In this document: positions 62,414 to 64,000 of the stretch, piece after piece
Numbering within the stretch: the stretch's first letter is position 1
Layout of the letters: each line of letters starts with the position of its first letter
DNA from: an uncultured Candidatus Saccharibacteria bacterium
GTDB lineage: Bacteria; Patescibacteriota; Saccharimonadia; Saccharimonadales; UBA10212
Reading direction: 5' to 3'
Assembly (NCBI GenBank): GCA_964460855.1
Contig: CAYWQH010000009.1
Coordinates: 1,351 to 65,350 of the forward strand
Length of the DNA: 64,000 bases
Notes under the pieces: generated by a model
What the model saw: only the letters and a program-made list of their open reading frames with translations
Told to the model about the DNA's origin: nothing
Databases searched by the model: none
Program-made: the position numbers and the translations under genes

Positions 62414-64000
62414 TTAAGTACCATAATGGCTTAATAAAATGCTTAAGTCAAATATGTCAACGGTGTTGTCATTATTGATATCAGCGGTAGCGTCCGACGT
62501 GCCATATTTAGACAATAATAGTGACAAGTCAAATATATCTACATGGCCGCTGTTATTCAAGTCGCCGGGTATGGGGCTGCCGGCCGGAACAAATTCTTTG
62601 GCCCCGGCATCAGGGGCGGAGCCGCAATATGATGTTAATGCACCGCTGCAGCCGGAGGTGAGCGTGCCGGTTGCCGGGTTGGCCACGCCAAAATCTATGG
62701 CCGGGCTGCTGGAAGTCAAGGTAGCGTCCGGGCTGGTGGCCACAATGGAAGTAAGCAATGGGTTAGTTATTGACGAGCCGCTTTCACCGGGGAAGGAAGC
62801 CAAGGCTACACTGGAGCCGCGAAACGAAAACGTCGTGCCACCACTGGTATCAAAGTACATGTTATTGCGGCCAGTGTAGCTGCCTGTGGCACTGCCGCTA
62901 AAAACTTGGAGGGCGGTGTTTGTGCCCATATTGCCGACTATAATGTTATTTTCAAAGTTTACATTTGTCGTTAAACCGGCGGCATCCGGGCCGCGGATAT
63001 CGACACCCTGTTTAATTGCCCCACTAACAGTGTTGGTGATAAAGGTGTTATTGCTGAAATTGAAATTCATAGTGTGGCCGTTAACATTCAATGGATTGCC
63101 GCTGGGGTTATTGGATGTGAAGTCGATGTACATTCCGGCCGTGGAAACGTCATAAACCAAGTTATGATCGACATTTAATGTCTGGCTGGCCGCCCGGGTG
63201 TAGTCGAACCAGCCTACTCCGGCAGAGCAGGCGTGCAAAACGTTATTCTGGATCAAACCGCCTTCGCGGGGAGAAGTACAGCTGCCGCCGGTTATATCGT
63301 ATATCGTGGAATTCTTAATCGTAATTTGCGGGCCTTTGGCGTAAATACCGTGCTTGCCAACGCTAATAGTGGCGTCTATGCCGCAATGGTGCACGGTAAC
63401 GTTATCGTAAGTAGAAAATCCGGCTTCGTCGATGATGCAGCTGTCGCCGTTATTACTCATATCATCGTTCTGATATAGCCAGCCGGTAGAGCCATGGTGG
63501 GCCATTTCGATGCTCTGGCTGCCGGTTGTCAGGCCGGTAATCGTCGTGTTTTTAACCGTCGTATTCGTATCGCCGGTACCAGAAGCCGAAGTAATAATGC
63601 CGGTGCCATTGTTGTGGATGTAAAGGTTATCGAAAGTCACATGGTCGCTACCCACCATGTAGACGCCATCGCCGCTGGTCCAGTTGGCCAGTTCCAGGTT
63701 ACTAAACGTTACGTAACTATTGCTAAAAGCCACCTGCAGCCCGGCGAAACCGCTGCCGCCGCCGGCAAATATTGGCCGGTTGCTGCCGGTACAGCTGCCG
63801 TACTGGGTAACGGTAAGCGGCGAAGTGGAGTTGCCGCTATTGCGCAAAGTCAGCATTTCGTTCCAAGTTGAGCCGCACTTAAAGCTGATGGTGTCGCCAG
63901 GCTGGAAAATGCTTTGGGCGTTAACCTTAGCCAGGGTTTTCCATGGCGTAGACGAACTGGTGCCATTGTTAGAATCACTGCCGGCAGCCGAATCTACGAA
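62414..64000 (-). CDS. right-handed beta-helix (pectate-lyase-fold) protein with C-terminal dockerin; 5' end outside window
   Basis: The frame stays open to the window edge upstream of the first Met. Parallel beta-helix repeats ('NNTFITN', 'NNIIVGN'). Dockerin duplicate 'DLNNSGHVDIFDLSLLL...DINNDNTVDIFDLSILL'. Confidence 0.7.
   Translation of the reverse strand, partial: FVDSAAGSDSNNGTSSSTPWKTLAKVNAQSIFQPGDTISFKCGSTWNEMLTLRNSGNSTSPLTVTQYGSCTGSNRPIFAGGGSGFAGLQVAFSNSYVTFSNLELANWTSGDGVYMVGSDHVTFDNLYIHNNGTGIITSASGTGDTNTTVKNTTITGLTTGSQSIEMAHHGSTGWLYQNDDMSNNGDSCIIDEAGFSTYDNVTVHHCGIDATISVGKHGIYAKGPQITIKNSTIYDITGGSCTSPREGGLIQNNVLHACSAGVGWFDYTRAASQTLNVDHNLVYDVSTAGMYIDFTSNNPSGNPLNVNGHTMNFNFSNNTFITNTVSGAIKQGVDIRGPDAAGLTTNVNFENNIIVGNMGTNTALQVFSGSATGSYTGRNNMYFDTSGGTTFSFRGSSVALASFPGESGSSITNPLLTSIVATSPDATLTSSSPAIDFGVANPATGTLTSGCSGALTSYCGSAPDAGAKEFVPAGSPIPGDLNNSGHVDIFDLSLLLSKYGTSDATADINNDNTVDIFDLSILLSHYGT

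Overview
This is a dense, mostly housekeeping bacterial segment of roughly 45-55% G+C. The gene content and short intergenic regions suggest a reduced-genome organism. It could be Patescibacteria/CPR, perhaps Saccharibacteria-like, but that placement is inference only. Recognisable genes: valS, tsaD, a MurE-like ligase, groES/groEL with a CIRCE operator, a PGI/PMI-type isomerase, a MacB-like ABC pair, tRNA-Ser(GGA), argS, gdh, mscL, msrB, orn, dnaG, two tandem rpoD-type sigma factors plus a third divergent one, a P-type ATPase, polA, two NUDIX genes, an orphan histidine kinase, a Y-family polymerase/SRAP damage cluster, mutM, holA and rpsT. No rRNA, CRISPR array, transposase or integrase is visible. 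The main anomaly is at least eight small G+C-rich gene cassettes whose third codon positions are almost all G or C. They lie at about 6.9-8.4, 10.9-11.7, 40.6-41.4, 41.5-42.1, 43.0-44.0, 49.5-50.0, 50.1-50.5 and 58.2-58.6 kb, wedged between native genes. Each has an AT-rich sigma70-type promoter, and all but the 41.6 kb gene show a strong Shine-Dalgarno site. Each carries an ORF I cannot assign and a GC-rich hairpin terminator, perfect in most copies. Several share paralogous promoter-leader modules, GTTTGAC-type inverted repeats or about 55-nt direct repeats even though the ORFs are unrelated. That pattern suggests a recurring mode of foreign-gene capture or expression that I cannot assign to a known element class. 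Other notable items: a NUDIX gene inserted at the polA 3' end with duplication of the last polA codons; a four-helix-bundle (23S IVS-type) gene sitting inside an AT-rich palindromic module that also occurs empty at 27.4 kb; a tRNA-Ser-adjacent island with a duplicated leaderless promoter module; a low-GC SipW/TasA-like locus; a cohesin/dockerin gene pair; and a DnaG whose four zinc ligands are all substituted. All functional calls come from motif recognition by eye; no searches were run.
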